Assembly (NCBI GenBank): GCA_002269645.1
Contig: NIVC01001322.1
Location: forward strand, 62,001-126,000
Direction of reading: 5' to 3'
DNA from: Macrostomum lignano
Lineage: Eukaryota
Length of the DNA stretch: 64,000 nt
This document shows positions 31,837 through 45,500 of this stretch, piece by piece. Below the pieces are notes generated by a model. It had not been told where the DNA came from, did not search any database, and saw only the letters and a program-made list of their open reading frames with translations. The position numbers and the translations under genes are program-made. Each line of letters opens with the position of its first letter. Position 1 is the first letter of the stretch.

Positions 31837-33728
31837 CTGAGAAAAACTTTGTAGCTAAAGTCGCTAGACAAATTTCTTAGAATCAAACGTACTAGTAGAA
31901 CGACAGTAGATTTGATATAGATGATTCTTGCAATGTTTTTGTTAATCTATTACAAGCTCAAAACAATAATTTGGCTACACTCGGATTTCTTATTCCTACA
32001 AGCAAAGAACAAGCAAACCGATAAAGGCATACGTAACTGCATTTATTTTTTCTTTGTGATGCTCATCAAAGACATATGAGCGTACAGCCTCGTCTACGAG
32101 TTTACCGATATTACCTTACAGAGATAAACAGAGAAAACATCCGTAAACTTCAGTTCAGTTCTAACTTACCACCTTGCTCATTGTTCAGACAAGTTTTTGA
32201 GATGTATTGACGACTGCTTGAAATGGCACTGTCGATTGCAGACGAAATTGAGAAGGCCAGTGTATAATTTTTGTTATAAACGCTACTAGACGAAAGCTAC
32301 CGCAAGAGAAAGGCGGAGAGCGGTGGCAAACAAAAAGCGCTCTCTTATAAAAACAGACAGCAGTTGGGGCTCGCCCTGGGTGGGGTGAAGCGTGGGGGGT
32401 TGTTGGTTTATGCAGTTGGGCGAGACAACGCGATGGCCCTGTTGCGACTCCGTCATGGGTGAGGCAGTCACAGTCCATCTCTTTTTCGTCGTGCACGTGA
32501 TTGCGTTTTTGGGTTGAGAGAGAGAGAGAGAGAATTGAGTAACCGCGGTGAAAAACGAAACCCACTGCTTGAAGATGGGCCCATTCCTATTGTCTATCAG
32601 AGCCCCTGCACCTCTCTCCGTGGGTGCAAGCCATTGTGCTCAGAGCGATGAATCTTGGAATCGACCACTCTTGCAGCGTATTGAGAGGGTAATATAGTCT
32701 TCTCAGGGTTTTCTACATGGATTCATAAGTGAAGCATTTCGACCCCTCGGTCCCCTCGCTTTATTCTAGTCAGCTCAGTAATAAGCTTGGCTAGATCTGC
32801 AGAACAGCGTGCAAGTTTTGTACAAAAACGTCCTTTAACGCCCACTTACTGGGGCAGAGAGGGGCTGGAGGCAGCCGAGTTATCAATCCTGCACTGGGCT
32901 ACCCCTAACCCCTGCGGTGCTTTTTGGTATCACGCCAGCTGAGGATGACAAGCAGCTCTCTCTAGCCTTTTCGGCTGACGCAGTGCAAGCTACTCAAATA
33001 TGCATTCTTGAGCATGAGAAGCTCAGCGTTATAAACACAATGACTATGAGGCTTCGCTTGCCTATGCTCCAGCTAGAGCTCTTTCATATTTTTTCCCGCT
33101 GTCCTGAGTATGTCAAGTCGCCATATGAAAAAAAATAAAACTATAGTAGGCAGCCATAAAACTCGGTGTAAGACACAAGAAGCAGCTCCTATTTTTTCTA
33201 TGCTAGTTTATATCCAGCCTCGCTTTCATTGTTTTTAAGAGTGCAGCACACTGTGTGGAAAAAAACGTAGTCTTTCCCCTGCAGCGAGGAAAATTCCATT
33301 TAGACTGTCAAGATTTTAAATGGAGTTTCAGTCTCCAGTTTCTTTTCCATTAGCTAACCTATTTTTGAGCTTGGGCATTTGGTGAGAAATATTTTTTGCT
33401 GTTTGAGTTATTTTTCTCTTGTTTTTTTTCCTGTGTGTATAGATGGCATAGAATAATACCACTGAGAAGGGGCGAGTCTAGTCAGCCAAGATTTTTTAGT
33501 GTTCAAGCGCGTTCATTTTGATCTGAAATGTTTCCAACGAATGCGCGGTTAACCAATGTTCTGAATTTTCAGGGAAAGGACTCATTCATCTGACCTATTT
33601 CAACTTAACCCTAGGGCGTCTAAATTAAAGACCCACTGAGGGGCGATGGAACGGTAGAAGATCCGGAGGGCCTTGACGAGCCGCGGGATGCTCTCGGTTA
33701 TGTTCAGAATCGGGTCTTCTTGTATGAG

Positions 33729-33940
33729 AATTTCCCGCCGAGGTTTTCCCGCCGAGGTTTTCCCGCAGGGATTTTTCCTGTCGGAATTTAAAGTCAAATC
33801 CATCGGATTTGAAATCTAGTCTAGTTTTGTCTACTCTAGCATAGCCTAGCCTAGTCTAGGCTAGTTCTAATCTAGTCCAGCCATAAATCTCGGCCGGGAA
33901 ATCTCGGCGGGAAATCTCGGCCGGGAAATCTCGGCAAATT
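33729..33940. mobile_element. Small MITE-like inverted-repeat element with tandem subrepeats
   Basis: Left arm (TTTCCCGCCGAGGT)n and right arm (AAATCTCGGCCGGG)n are reverse complements; CTAG-rich spacer. Confidence 0.55.
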
Positions 33941-34619
33941 TAACTTATTTATAAGTTAAAATAGCAGCTTTTACAAACAAAGCAATAGAGATATTCAACT
34001 ACATTCAGCATTAAATGCAAGACTATAGGAGTTCTAGGAATTTTTCTAGAAACTGCTCCCACTCCTCCCGAGGAGAGAAGCGAAATGAAGCGACTCACGC
34101 ATCCTGGTCTTCCGCTTTGCGCGCCTGCGACAAGAAAAATCATTGATCAATACCAACTGAATTTGCTTCGTCACCTGTTCCCTCACCCGAGGATTGTGTT
34201 GTCTTAGAGCCTCCCTCCTAGCTCTTTGCTCTGAGGAAAGGAAATAATCGATCGTTCTTGGTTAAAGAGTACTAACAAATTTAGAATCTGGATTTCTAAA
34301 TGATGAGCTCCTCCTTGAATCTCGTACTACATTTGCTGAGATGTCACGGCTAATGGTGGGGAGTGTTCCTGAAATGCTGTGGCTCATTGGGGTTGCTCAG
34401 ATGCTGTGAGCCAAAGCCCAGAGGGGATGCTGATATCATATCTTTTTCCTTAAATAACTAACAATAGTTTCTTTACGAGGTCAAAAGCTACATTTAGTTA
34501 TTGAAAACTTTTTCTTCCTTTCTTTGTTGCCTCCCGAACTGGGAGCTTATTCTTTATCAACCAGTTTTGTCAAAAGTCAGTCATCAATACATTCGAAATG
34601 GCTAATGGCTAAATATAAA

Positions 34620-35343
34620 GCAGTCCTGCAGAGACGTTTGCTTGCGGGACTTTTGTTTGCGGAAATTTGCTTGCCGAAGTCTGCTTGCCAAATTTTGCTT
34701 GCCGAAGTCTGCTTGCCGAACTTTGCTTGCCGAACTTTGCTTGCCGAACTTTGCTTGCCGAACTTTGCTTGCCGAACTTTGCTTGCCGAACTTTCCTTGC
34801 CGAACTTTGCTTGGGGAATTTTGCTTGCCAAATTTTGCTTGCCGAGGTTTGCCAGCCAAAGTTTTCTTGTGGAACCTTAAAAAACTATTTTTGAGCTCTT
34901 GTGTACTCGTATATTGCTAATTTTCATTTTCTAAGATTCGTGGAAGTCGCCTATAGTGTTATCATTTTGTATGAGGATATGGCGGAGTTGAAAAGCCCTA
35001 ACGCGGAAATGGAATAATATAGTTTTTTACTGTGAATATATTTTCAACAAAAAAATGGACACAATTTCGAACAATACACATATCGAATGATTTAAGCAGC
35101 GAACTGTACAGAATATATTTTTTGGAAATGAATGTACCACCAATCTGTGAATTGCTACATATCATGACTCGTAAGGATACCCAACGCTCGGATACCCAAA
35201 GTTCGGCAAGCGAAGTTCGGCAAGCAAAATTCCACAAGCAAAGCTCGGCAAGCAAAGTTCGGCAAGCAAATTTCCTGCAAGCAAAGTTCGGCAAGCAAAC
35301 TTCCCGCAAGCAAACGTCGTACTCCCGACGGCTGCATGACTGC
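34620..35343. mobile_element. Foldback-like element with terminal inverted repeats built of 14-bp subrepeats
   Basis: GACGTTTGCTTGCGGGA (34633-34649) and TCCCGCAAGCAAACGTC (35302-35318) are a perfect inverted pair. Arms are (TTGCCGAACTTTGC)n versus (GCAAAGTTCGGCAA)n. Outer ends GCAGTC / GACTGC. Confidence 0.75.
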
Positions 35344-35627
35344 AAAAATATGAAACTGTGGTCAAGGTAGCTTGCAGCCAATGCCAGATTCTATCGCTAA
35401 ATCTTTAGCTTTCCTTGACTTGGCCTCAATTTCCTGTGTCTTAAAACAATGTCTATACAACAGAGACAATGAAACTACATGGATTCGAAAAAGGAAGTGA
35501 AAAGACAATAACAGTAAGGCCGGGAAGAAACTTTTCCCTTGGCAACCATGTCTTTAGTCTAACTGGCATAAATGAAAGAGAAAAGCATAGTTTGAGCTCC
35601 GCTTTTCTTAAGCTTTCTGTCTTAGCG

Positions 35628-36390
35628 ATGGCTTCTGCAATTCCATCTGTTTGGCTTGTGTCGTTGATATTCTGCCAGATTTTACCATCACTACTGGCTG
35701 AGGCCGATTGTCCGAGTCCTTAAAAGCTGGAGTCTGGTAAATGCATTTTTGTGAGCACATCTCAAAGCCACAACTGGTGCGTAGCAAATCACAAGTGCAA
35801 CGCCATTGGGGGCGAGCTCATTAACTCGTACGACACGCTGCAGCTGCTACCTGACATGTCAAGTATCCATTGCAGTTGCAGGCTTTGGCTTGGAATTACT
35901 GACTTGGCTGATTGGCGGGGCCTGGGCAAGACTGGTTGGCAGCGCATCAATGATTACGGTAAAGTGCCTTCGGACAGTTCGCTGTGGAGTTCTTCAAGTG
36001 AACCGAACAATGCTGATCATCACTGCCTCATAAGTGCGTCTCATAGAAATCCAGGAAAACTGGCTGACAATGATTGCCTAAGTAAGAAGGGATACGCCTG
36101 CGAATTTGTGCAAAAAACCACCGCCGCCGACTCTAAAACCGCCAAAACCGCCACGGAAGCGAACTCCGTTCAAGCGTAAGAACTACAATCCCAATACGCA
36201 GTACTGCTTCACCGATCAACATCAGATATCCCGACTCGAATGTGTAGCAAACGCTATGAAATCTGGTAATTGCCGACACGTGCTGTACAACAGCAAGCTA
36301 AGAATTTGCCGCCTACTATTGTTCACCGACACTCAGGTGGAGGAGGAGATCGAGACGAGCGCCGACTGGGTCAATTTTAGCGTGTACTGA
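35628..36390 (+). pseudogene. Secreted C-type lectin + PAN/apple-like domain protein, single exon, disrupted by a stop and a frameshift
   Basis: Signal-peptide-like MASAIPSVWLVSLIFCQILPSLLA, then CPSP*KLESGKCIFV...WCVANHKC...LWLGITD...EPNN...C...C...YACE. A +1 frameshift (36105-36170) leads to FKRK...CF...ECVANAMKSGNCRHVLYNSKLRICRLLLF...VY*. Confidence 0.75.
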
Positions 36391-38105
36391 CTTTTTAGTT
36401 TTTAAACAACACATAAAATAACTAAGATTCTTTTGACTGGAAGTTGACATGTCAGTACTGTGAGAAAAGGTTTTTTAGATGCTACGTTTCAATAAGTTGC
36501 GCCTTTTGATGATATATACGATAGAATTGAGGATGATTCTGTGGATGATGCTGTGAAGCCAGTAATCTTAGCTTTATTATCATTAATATTGTTCCAAATC
36601 TGTGAAGGCTTCTTAAAATCTATATATCAAGCTGATATTTAATGAAAGAAATTAAGTGTTATAATTGTTTTTTAAATTTGTTTTAAGGAAATCTTTAATA
36701 CTTATGAAAGATATTTTTAGCTATCCCGATATTTATCCAGCGAAACATTTTTCATCGTTTTTAGTTTGTTGTAAAATTTTTATCAAGTTCTTGTTGTTTT
36801 CCTCAATTTTGTTTTTTTCGGCGTAAAAATATTTATCCAGATAATTAATCCGCTGCACGTGCATTGTATATTAAATCTTCGTCGATTTTATTTTGGATCT
36901 ATCGCGTTCCTTTTCTTCTATTTTGTTTCTCGTATATTCAACTCAGTAAAATACGAGCGTATCTACTACACTACTATATGGTCTACCTTATGCCTAATAT
37001 TCTATAATGACTAAATATATAGCCGTTTCGGAGTCAAGCCTATCAATTTCTAATATTTGCTTCAATTTGATTCTTTATTATCTTCTTTTATTATACATGC
37101 ACATGTACCCATTCAAATTTAACAGGCTAAGGCCAGTTCCGGCTGACAAACAAGCGCTTTACACGTTCATGTACATGTTATTATGTGTATATCAAGAAGG
37201 ATAAAGACGTACGTCGATCATGTCATACATTAACTCGACTCGAATTTTGACGGTGCAAATGTAAAAAACAATATTTGTCAGCGTCGTCGATTGATGTCCA
37301 AGAAACGTTGGACGACGTCACCGACGTTCTAAAATTGATGTACGGGATGTACATGTACGAGAGAGATTATTACTGTACAGCTTCTTGTAAATTTCGAAAA
37401 AATGGCTAACGCATCAAATAAGAATAAATTGACAGAATTGCTCCTCTAGCTATATATCCCATGCAATTTCTAATTTTGTATTAACAACGACGTTAATTTG
37501 TGTACCGTACATTAAGTACATATTTTATTTATATGTACATTATATGTCTAATTTCCTACAGGAATTTTCAAAACAAAGTTGTTGAGATAAGAAATAAATG
37601 TTTATTTTCTACGTACCGTCCGAATGTGAGCTACATTGTATCTGTTGCACAAATGCAATTTACATGCATATATGTCATGTGTATATGCGTCACAACAAAA
37701 ACAACAACAAAGACAACGGCCCAAAAGATCGTTAAAAATAAGTTTAAAAAAATCGTTAAAAAATAAGGCATCGGGTAATAAGCGTGCCACATGCACGTAC
37801 GTACATCATATCACGAACGAGGGGACGGAGTTGCGGTGTCTATATACATCGTAGCTAGGGCGCGCCGATTTAGCATAGTTTTTTTACAGGAAGCTGATTA
37901 AATGCTGACGCATCTATTCGAATATGAAATGCCTGTTTTTGTTTGTTTGATTTGCTCTAATGTAACGTACCCTAGCGTATATACGTATATGTAATTAAAA
38001 TAAGAAATTTGCAACAGGGCCGGAACGAGAAAAGGGAGAACTATTCAGAAGAGCTAGGGCACTGGGCCCGCAAAGAGCACCGAAAAGGAAAATGGGGCGA
38101 AAAAT

Positions 38106-38126
38106 GGCGCCAAATGCGCGCCAAAA
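38106..38126 (-). promoter_or_regulatory. Two adjacent E2F-like sites (TTTGGCGCC, TTTTGGCGCGC) in a small GC-enriched island; possible NMNAT promoter
   Basis: Match to TTTSSCGC, 4.4 kb upstream of the NMNAT ATG. Function not shown. Confidence 0.3.
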
Positions 38127-38985
38127 CAGAACGGAAAACACAATGTGGAAACGCCCGGCCACAACACAACTAAGCTGATTGATACGTACCGTGCCAGCAT
38201 TTTCAAAATATTTTTTGTGTGTTGCATGATTACTATTTTTCACACTTATTTATATAAAACCTTAACTTTTTTATGCTAAAACTTTGTGTCTCAAATTCGA
38301 GGTACTCGCATTTTTTGTTAAAACACGACTTGTTTATAATGCGTCAGATTTAAAACTCTGAGCTTACTTATTTTTAGTTACGCTAGCAGATCTCATTCCT
38401 ATGAGACGGTCATCATTCCTATTACTACAATAAAAATATCCCAGCTAGCTTAAACGCACAGGAGGACCACAAGCACCGTGACGTAAACTATGTACCTGTT
38501 TGAACCGCTTGCTATTAATGGATCACTGTTGCAATTACAGGGCCCCTAGCCCTAGCTAACATATGCCATGCTAGATTGCTAGGCCTGCCTAGCTAAGTTA
38601 AAACTAGAAGTTTTGTTACAACAAATTTTCTTTTTAGTTGGTAAAGATTAAGATATATTATTTAGTATACTGTGATAGGTTCTACTCCTACTCGGCTACT
38701 CCTACATCACTACATCTAGTATAGTAGGCCTATGCTACACTCTAGAAGGTTACTGGTACTGACGTGTGTACCATGGATGATATGCCATATATATATATAT
38801 ATAGCTGAGAAACTGAAACAATTTGACAGTTTAGCTAGGCCTAACTACATGAAAAACTATATTACTTGCATCTATCTAATTCTAGTTTTACTGTCTATTC
38901 TTTTATAGGCCTACTGTTCAGGCTGTATTCTACTAGGTCTAAGACTATATTTTTTAACAACCTTTTCATTAAGCATTTTTGTCAA

Positions 38986-39347
38986 GGGGGGCCGTAGCCC
39001 AGCGGTAGCGCAGCTGCTCTGGTGTGCCGCAACCCAGGCTCGATTCCAAGTGCAGCCACATTAATTTGGGGCTGGATTGGAATCTTGGCTTGGCTCGCTT
39101 GTGCAATTAACGGCCTTGAGAGCCAACCGCCTAAGGCGCAGTGAAGTGTACATGCCTAACAATTGATAAAGTTAGGGCCGCTGTACACTCCTGTGTGAGT
39201 GTGTGCCTGCGTAACGTATCCGCGTGCTTGTATGCCTACTCAGGGGAGTCGGCGGAATGGGCAGTAATGCCTCTTGCCGGTTATGTGCTAATGACGCTTA
39301 AATTACGCCAGGGTGCACACAACCCCCCCTGTCTCTAATAAAAAAAG
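38986..39347 (+). mobile_element. tRNA-derived SINE type B, full length, with TSD
   Basis: Highly similar to 7500-7861. TSD AAGCATTTTT(T)GTCAA at 38971-38985 and 39348-39363. Poly(A) tail. Confidence 0.9.
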
Positions 39348-42300
39348 AAGCATTTTTTGTCAATTATAATAGGCCTATGATTTTATCATTTCATCAAATA
39401 GAAAACAAAATGACCTTTTTAAACTTGTATAATGGACCCTTTTTGGCAGATAATTTGGTTAATTGTTCTGCTTTTTTGGAAATATTATTAACTTGGTACA
39501 AAATTGATACATGCAAAAATTCATTTAAATGCTTTGTTATAGTGTTCTGCCATAAGGAGGGTCCATGTACTGTAGCTGTAGCCATAAGCAAAACTATGGC
39601 TTATTCCAATTCTTCATATTCCATAGCCGTAGGGACCCCAAAATTATCATATTCCCATAGTTCCTATAGCCGTAGCCATAGTTTTAACAAAAAGTCTAAA
39701 AAATAAAATATTTTGAATCAAGAAGATAACCTAATGCTTAAACAACAGCAAATTAAATTAGAAAATAAAAGAAACACTCAATTGCCTTTGTAAGATTATA
39801 TTTTGTCTTTTTTCATAGCAACAATACTTAATTGTTACTGAAAGTACTAATGCTAAACTTTTTCACATTAATAAAAATTAGAGTTTGCTAGTGTTTTATT
39901 GTACTTTTTTAGGTATATTTTATAAGTTTCTAGGTTGATAATACAGTTTACTAAAAGTTAATTTGTTTTACTCTACCTGCTGATCCCATAGCCATAGCTA
40001 TGGCTATGACAAAACACTACTTTGTTATGAGCTTAAAAAATCCAAAAAGCTTGAAATTTATGGCTATGCTTAAAATGAACTTTTTTCATCTTTTTCTACT
40101 TCACAAAAACTTTTCTGGGTGATTCTGAGGTAGGGCAGAGAAAATTTTCTTGGAAATTGGTTGTTTGAATTACTTGCTGACACCAGTTAGCTAGTGCAGA
40201 TTGCATGGTTGAATTGCTGCCTTCGTTGAGTTCGCACAAATGAATCCAAAAAAATGGCTGACAAATCACAACAAAAATTTTCTTTCTCCTGCTTTACTCC
40301 AATAGCCGGGTTCTCAAGTCCAGGAGGAGGGTAGTCGTAATTGTAGCAAAGCAGTCATTAATGGTGCAGTCATTCAGACATTGTAATACCAGAGATTTAG
40401 ACCCCAAAATCATTGTGTCAAGTTGCTAAGCTTGTTACTTTCTGTAGGGTAGAGCTGCTACCACCGTAATTTATATATTACAGAAAAATTAAGTCTCTGG
40501 GCTTCTTTGAGCTGAGAAAACTTGGTTATTTTACGCCCTGCAGGCAAATGACTTATGAAAGGCTATGGCTTAATGTCAACAAATAATTAATGAATATGGA
40601 AGTTATTAACTATTATTATTATTGCAGATCAGTTTACTATTAATCAATTTAATATTAGCAGGCTGAAACTGAATAAAAATTAACTTTCTGACAAGTATGA
40701 GATGCTGGCGGCATCGGGGTGCTGAATTAAAGGTAGTTGAACTAGTAAGTTAAGAGCTTAAAAAAAGACTGATTAATTAATTAATATGCAAATTACTAAA
40801 CAGGTAGAAGGCAAGGGAAAATAAACAACAACAGTGGAATAGAAACCAAGAAGGAGGTAAAAGCAATGAGGAAAACAGGGCTTGGGACAACTGCTAAATA
40901 CATCAGAAAACGCGGACAAACAGTGGAGACAGGGGTTGGACAGGCTGGTGGGCAGAAAAAAACATCTGGGCCAGGCTCAAATATGTTATGACATCTCGCG
41001 GAATAACAAAATTCACAAGAGGGACTACAAAAAATCAAAGAAAGGACAAAATGGGGGTTGAACAGTTGATGGATAGGAAGAGGTGAAAAATCAGCAGATG
41101 GGAACTGTTAAAAATTATTTCGCATGCAACTAAATGTTATTAAAATAATAATTTTCTCAGTCAATCATGATATCTCGACTGCTAAAATTCTATAAAGTGT
41201 ATGCCAGGTGTTCACATATACTATTTTATGTGTATAATGCATGCCAATTTTGCACGCCTACTTTTGATGTGCAAGGCCAATGCACACCCAAATTTTTTGG
41301 TATATACTACATTATCCAGAGTGTGGCTTCAACCCTAGGCATAACCCCTTGATGTAGCCTATATATCTTTTAAGAATAACATTTTGGCATATTTTGCTAG
41401 ATTCTTAATGTAACTATTTTTAAAGTTTTTCTTATCCTCAGAGAATATAAATTTAAAAAATATTTCTTGTTTTTCTTTATCATTTTTAGTTCAAAGTATA
41501 CCACTTGTAATTTTTTGCTTTTTTGATTGCTTGTTCATTGGTTTTACTAAAGTTCTTAGGCCTACTTAGAAATATCTAGTATAAACAATAAATAAAGTTC
41601 CTTTCTAATACATTTTGACTTAGGCCTCTTAGCAAGGTACAAATTTTCTAACCAAGAAATTAATTTAAATTTTCAATCCTATAGGTATTTAATTTCCATT
41701 GTTTAACAAAACAACTATTGATAAAAATGCTTTTGAAAAAATGTCTATACATAACAGGCTATTGCTATCTGCCTAGGCAAAAAGTTGTATATATTTGAGG
41801 CTAAGGCTTTTAAAATTCAACTGAAAACTTCAAACATAATTGTTAGTCTTGAAGTAAATCTATTTGTTTTAATAGTATAAAAGAAAAATATCAATTGGAC
41901 AATATTAGAAAAACTTTGAAATTAAAGATAAAAATATATTTAATGAACATGGAAAACTGCTTTTCTTATGCTTTTTTGAGTGCCTAATGCATGGGCCTGT
42001 ATTTTTGGCTTATACTTTTAGTCTTCACTTAGGCCCTTTTTTAGGCATGATCATTTCCAGTAGTTATATATACTCAATTTATAGAAATCTAAAAATGTTA
42101 TTGTATATTTTTTGATAAATTTTTTTATAAAGCTAATATTAATGTCTAAAATCATTTTTATAGCTAGAAAATATGTATATAGAAAATATAGCATATAGGC
42201 AAAACATTTAAAGCTATTATATACATTTTTCTTTTATCACAAAGCAAATCTGAAGGTTTAGTACTGCTTTATACTACTGATTGGTGTGAATAGTGTATCA

Positions 42301-42563
42301 TATGACCAAAGTTTAGTGCATAATGTGATGAGTCCTCTTAGTCCTAACTGATTTTTACTATTCATGGGCATTTACACATATTTCATATATCTATGAAAAC
42401 CTTAACTCTAGAGTCTAATATCTGCTATTACTATTAGTAATACGAATGTATTGAAATCAAATTAGGCCAAACAGCCACAACTTTTGCTTCATCAGCAGTT
42501 GACAACTTTCATATTTCTGATTATGATTTCTCTGCTTTCAGTTGCTTCTTTTCATTGCTTGGC

Positions 42564-45500
42564 ATGACAGGCGGCGGAGACCTGCCTGTACACAATGTAC
42601 TTTTAGTAGCTTGCGGCTCATTCAATCCCGTCACTAATATGCACCTGCGCATGTTCGAGTTAGCCAGAGATGCACTGACTCGAACTGGCAGATTTCGAGT
42701 CCTTGGCGGTTTGGTGTCGCCAGTGTCCGATGCTTACTCACAAGTTGCTCAGCTCGAAGGCTTAGCCGCTGTCAATCACAGGTTGGAGATGATTCGTCTG
42801 GCACTGCAGCCGCCTAGCAGGGAGGGCCCGGCCGCCTGGGTCCGATTGGCTCGCTGGGAGGCTGGACTGGCTGATTGGACGCCGACTAGGCGAGTGCTGG
42901 ACCACTATCAGGCTGTTATGGACTGCAGGCCCGTGCAGCAAGGAGCCGAGGTTCAAGCTGGTGCAACTGCTGGCGCCTCTGCTGCCACTGCCGCTGCTGC
43001 GGGAGCTGCTACTGGTGCGTCAGCGGCATGAAACTGCCTGCCAAGTTTTGGGTAGCCGCTGAAGGATTTGGCTGGGTAGCCACTGAAGGATTTGGCTGGG
43101 GTAGCCGCTGAAGGATTTGGCTGGGGTAGCCGCTGAAGGATTTGGCTGGGGTGGTCACTGAAGGATTTGGCTGGGGTGGTCACTGAAGGATTTGGCTAGG
43201 GTAGCCGCTGAAGGATTTGGCTGGGGTGGTCACTGAAGGATTTGGCTGGGGTGGTCACTGAAGGATTTGGCTGGGGTGGTCACTGAAGGATTTGGCTGGG
43301 GTGGTCACTGAAGGATTTGGCTGGAGTGGTCACTAAAGGATTTGGCTGGGGTGGTCACTGAAGGATTTGGCTGGGGTGGTCACTAAAGGATTTGGCTGGG
43401 GTGGTCACTGAAGGATTTGGCTGGGGTGGTCACTAAAGGATTTGGCTGGGGTGGTCACTAAAGGATTTGGCTGGGGTGGTCACTGAAGGATTTGGCTGGG
43501 GTGGTCACTAAAGGATTTGGCTGGGGTGGTCACTAAAGGATTTGGCTGGGGTGGTCACTGAAGGATTTGGCTGGAGTGGTCACTGAAGATCTGACTGGGG
43601 TGGTCACTGAAGATCTGACTGGGGTGGTCACTGAAGGATTTGGCTGGGGTGGTCACTAAAGGATTTGGCTGGGGTGGTCACTGAAGGATTTGGCTGGGGT
43701 GGTCACTAAAGGATTTGGCTGGGGTGGTCACTAAAGGATTTGGCTGGGGTGGTCACTAAAGGATTTGGCTGGGGTGGTCACTAAAGGATTTGGCTGGGGT
43801 GGTCACTGAAGGATTTGGCTGGAGTGGTCACTGAAGATCTGACTGGGGTGGTCACTGAAGATCTGACTGGGGTGGTCACTGAAGATCTGACTGGGGTGGT
43901 CACTAAAGGATTTGGCTGGGGTAGACACTGAAGTATCAGGGGGGGGGGCAGCAGGCACTGAAGCATCAGGGGAGGGGCAGCAGCAGGCACTGAAGCATCA
44001 GGACAGATGCAGCAGGCACTGAAGCATCAGGGGAGGGGCAGCAGCAGGCACTGAAGCATCAGGACAGATGCAGCAGGCACTGAAGCATCAGGGGAGGGGC
44101 AGCAGCAGGCACTGAAGCATCAGGACAGATGCAGCAGGCACTGAAGCATCAGGGGAGGGGCAGCAGCAGGCACTGAAGCATCAGGGGAGGGGCAGCAGCA
44201 GGCACTGAAGCATCAGGGGAGGGGCAGCAGCAGGCACTGAAGCATCAGGGGAGGGGCAGCAGCAGGCACTGAAGCAACAGGGGAGGGGCAGCAGCAGGCA
44301 CTGAAGCATCAGGGGAGGGGCAGCAGCAGGCACTGAAGCATCAGGGGAGGGGCAGCAGCAGGCACTGAAGCATCAGGGGAGGGGCAGCAGCAGGCACTGA
44401 AGCATCAGGGGAGGGGCAGCAGCAGGCACTGAAGCATCAGGGGAGGGGCAGCAGCAGGCACTGAAGCATCAGGGGAGGGGCAGCAGCAGGCACTGAAGCA
44501 TCAGGGGAGGGGCAGCAGCAGGCACTGAAGCATCAGGGGAGGGGCAGCAGCAGGCACTGAAGCATCAGGGGAGGGGCAGCAGCAGGCACTGAAGCATCAG
44601 GGGAGGGGCAGCAGCAGGCACTGAAGCATCAGGGGAGGGGCAGCAGCAGGCACTGAAGCATCAGGGGAGGGGCAGCAGCAGGCACTGAAGCATCAGGGGA
44701 GGGGCAGCAGCAGGCACTGAAGCATCAGGGGAGGGGCAGCAGCAGGCACTGAAGCATCAGGGGAGGGGCAGCAGCAGGCACTGAAGCATCAGGGGAGGGG
44801 CAGCAGCAGGCACTGAAGCATCAGGGCAGATGCAGCAGGCACTGAAGCATCAGGGCAGATGCAGCAGGCACTGAAGCATCAGGGCAGATGCAGCAGGCAC
44901 TGAAGATTCCATAAGTTCACAGCACGTGGCAATTTTTCTGCTTTGAACAGACCCAGATGACTATCGCTGGCTTACTGGGCTGCTTCGCCGGCTTCGACTG
45001 AAAGACCCGCTGACCGTGGCACACCCTATGCTACTGTGCGGCTCCGATATGCTTAAATCGTTCGCCGTGCCAGGACTATGGACTAATGACGACGTGAGGT
45101 CTTGAGTATATAATAAAGTAAATATTAGGTGTCAGAAAAAACTGGAAATGGTTTTCATAGTTCAGGCCTTTTTAATAGTAAGGAGGGCTATGGGCTATGG
45201 GAGGGATATCCTCATCAACAACATGTTTTAATTAATTATTCTGCAAAATTATTTCCAGCTGGTAAAAATACTTCGCGACTACGGTCTGATTGTAATCACT
45301 AAGCCCAGCTGTAATCCGCAACAGATCATCTTTGAAAATGATCTGCTCAACACCTACGAGGTTTGTAGAATTATAATTATTATAATTATTCAGATGGGAA
45401 ATTCGTATTGTAGCTGATATGTTTGTCAACGTATTGCAGCAAAACATCGCCCTAGTAACTGAGTGGACAGTGAACGAACTTAGTTCCGCTTTCGTTCGTC

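Noticed and set aside
33949-34210. Possible coding exon (TIGVLGIFLETAPTPPEERSEMKRLTHPG...) on +
   Set aside because: No partner exons or recognisable homology.
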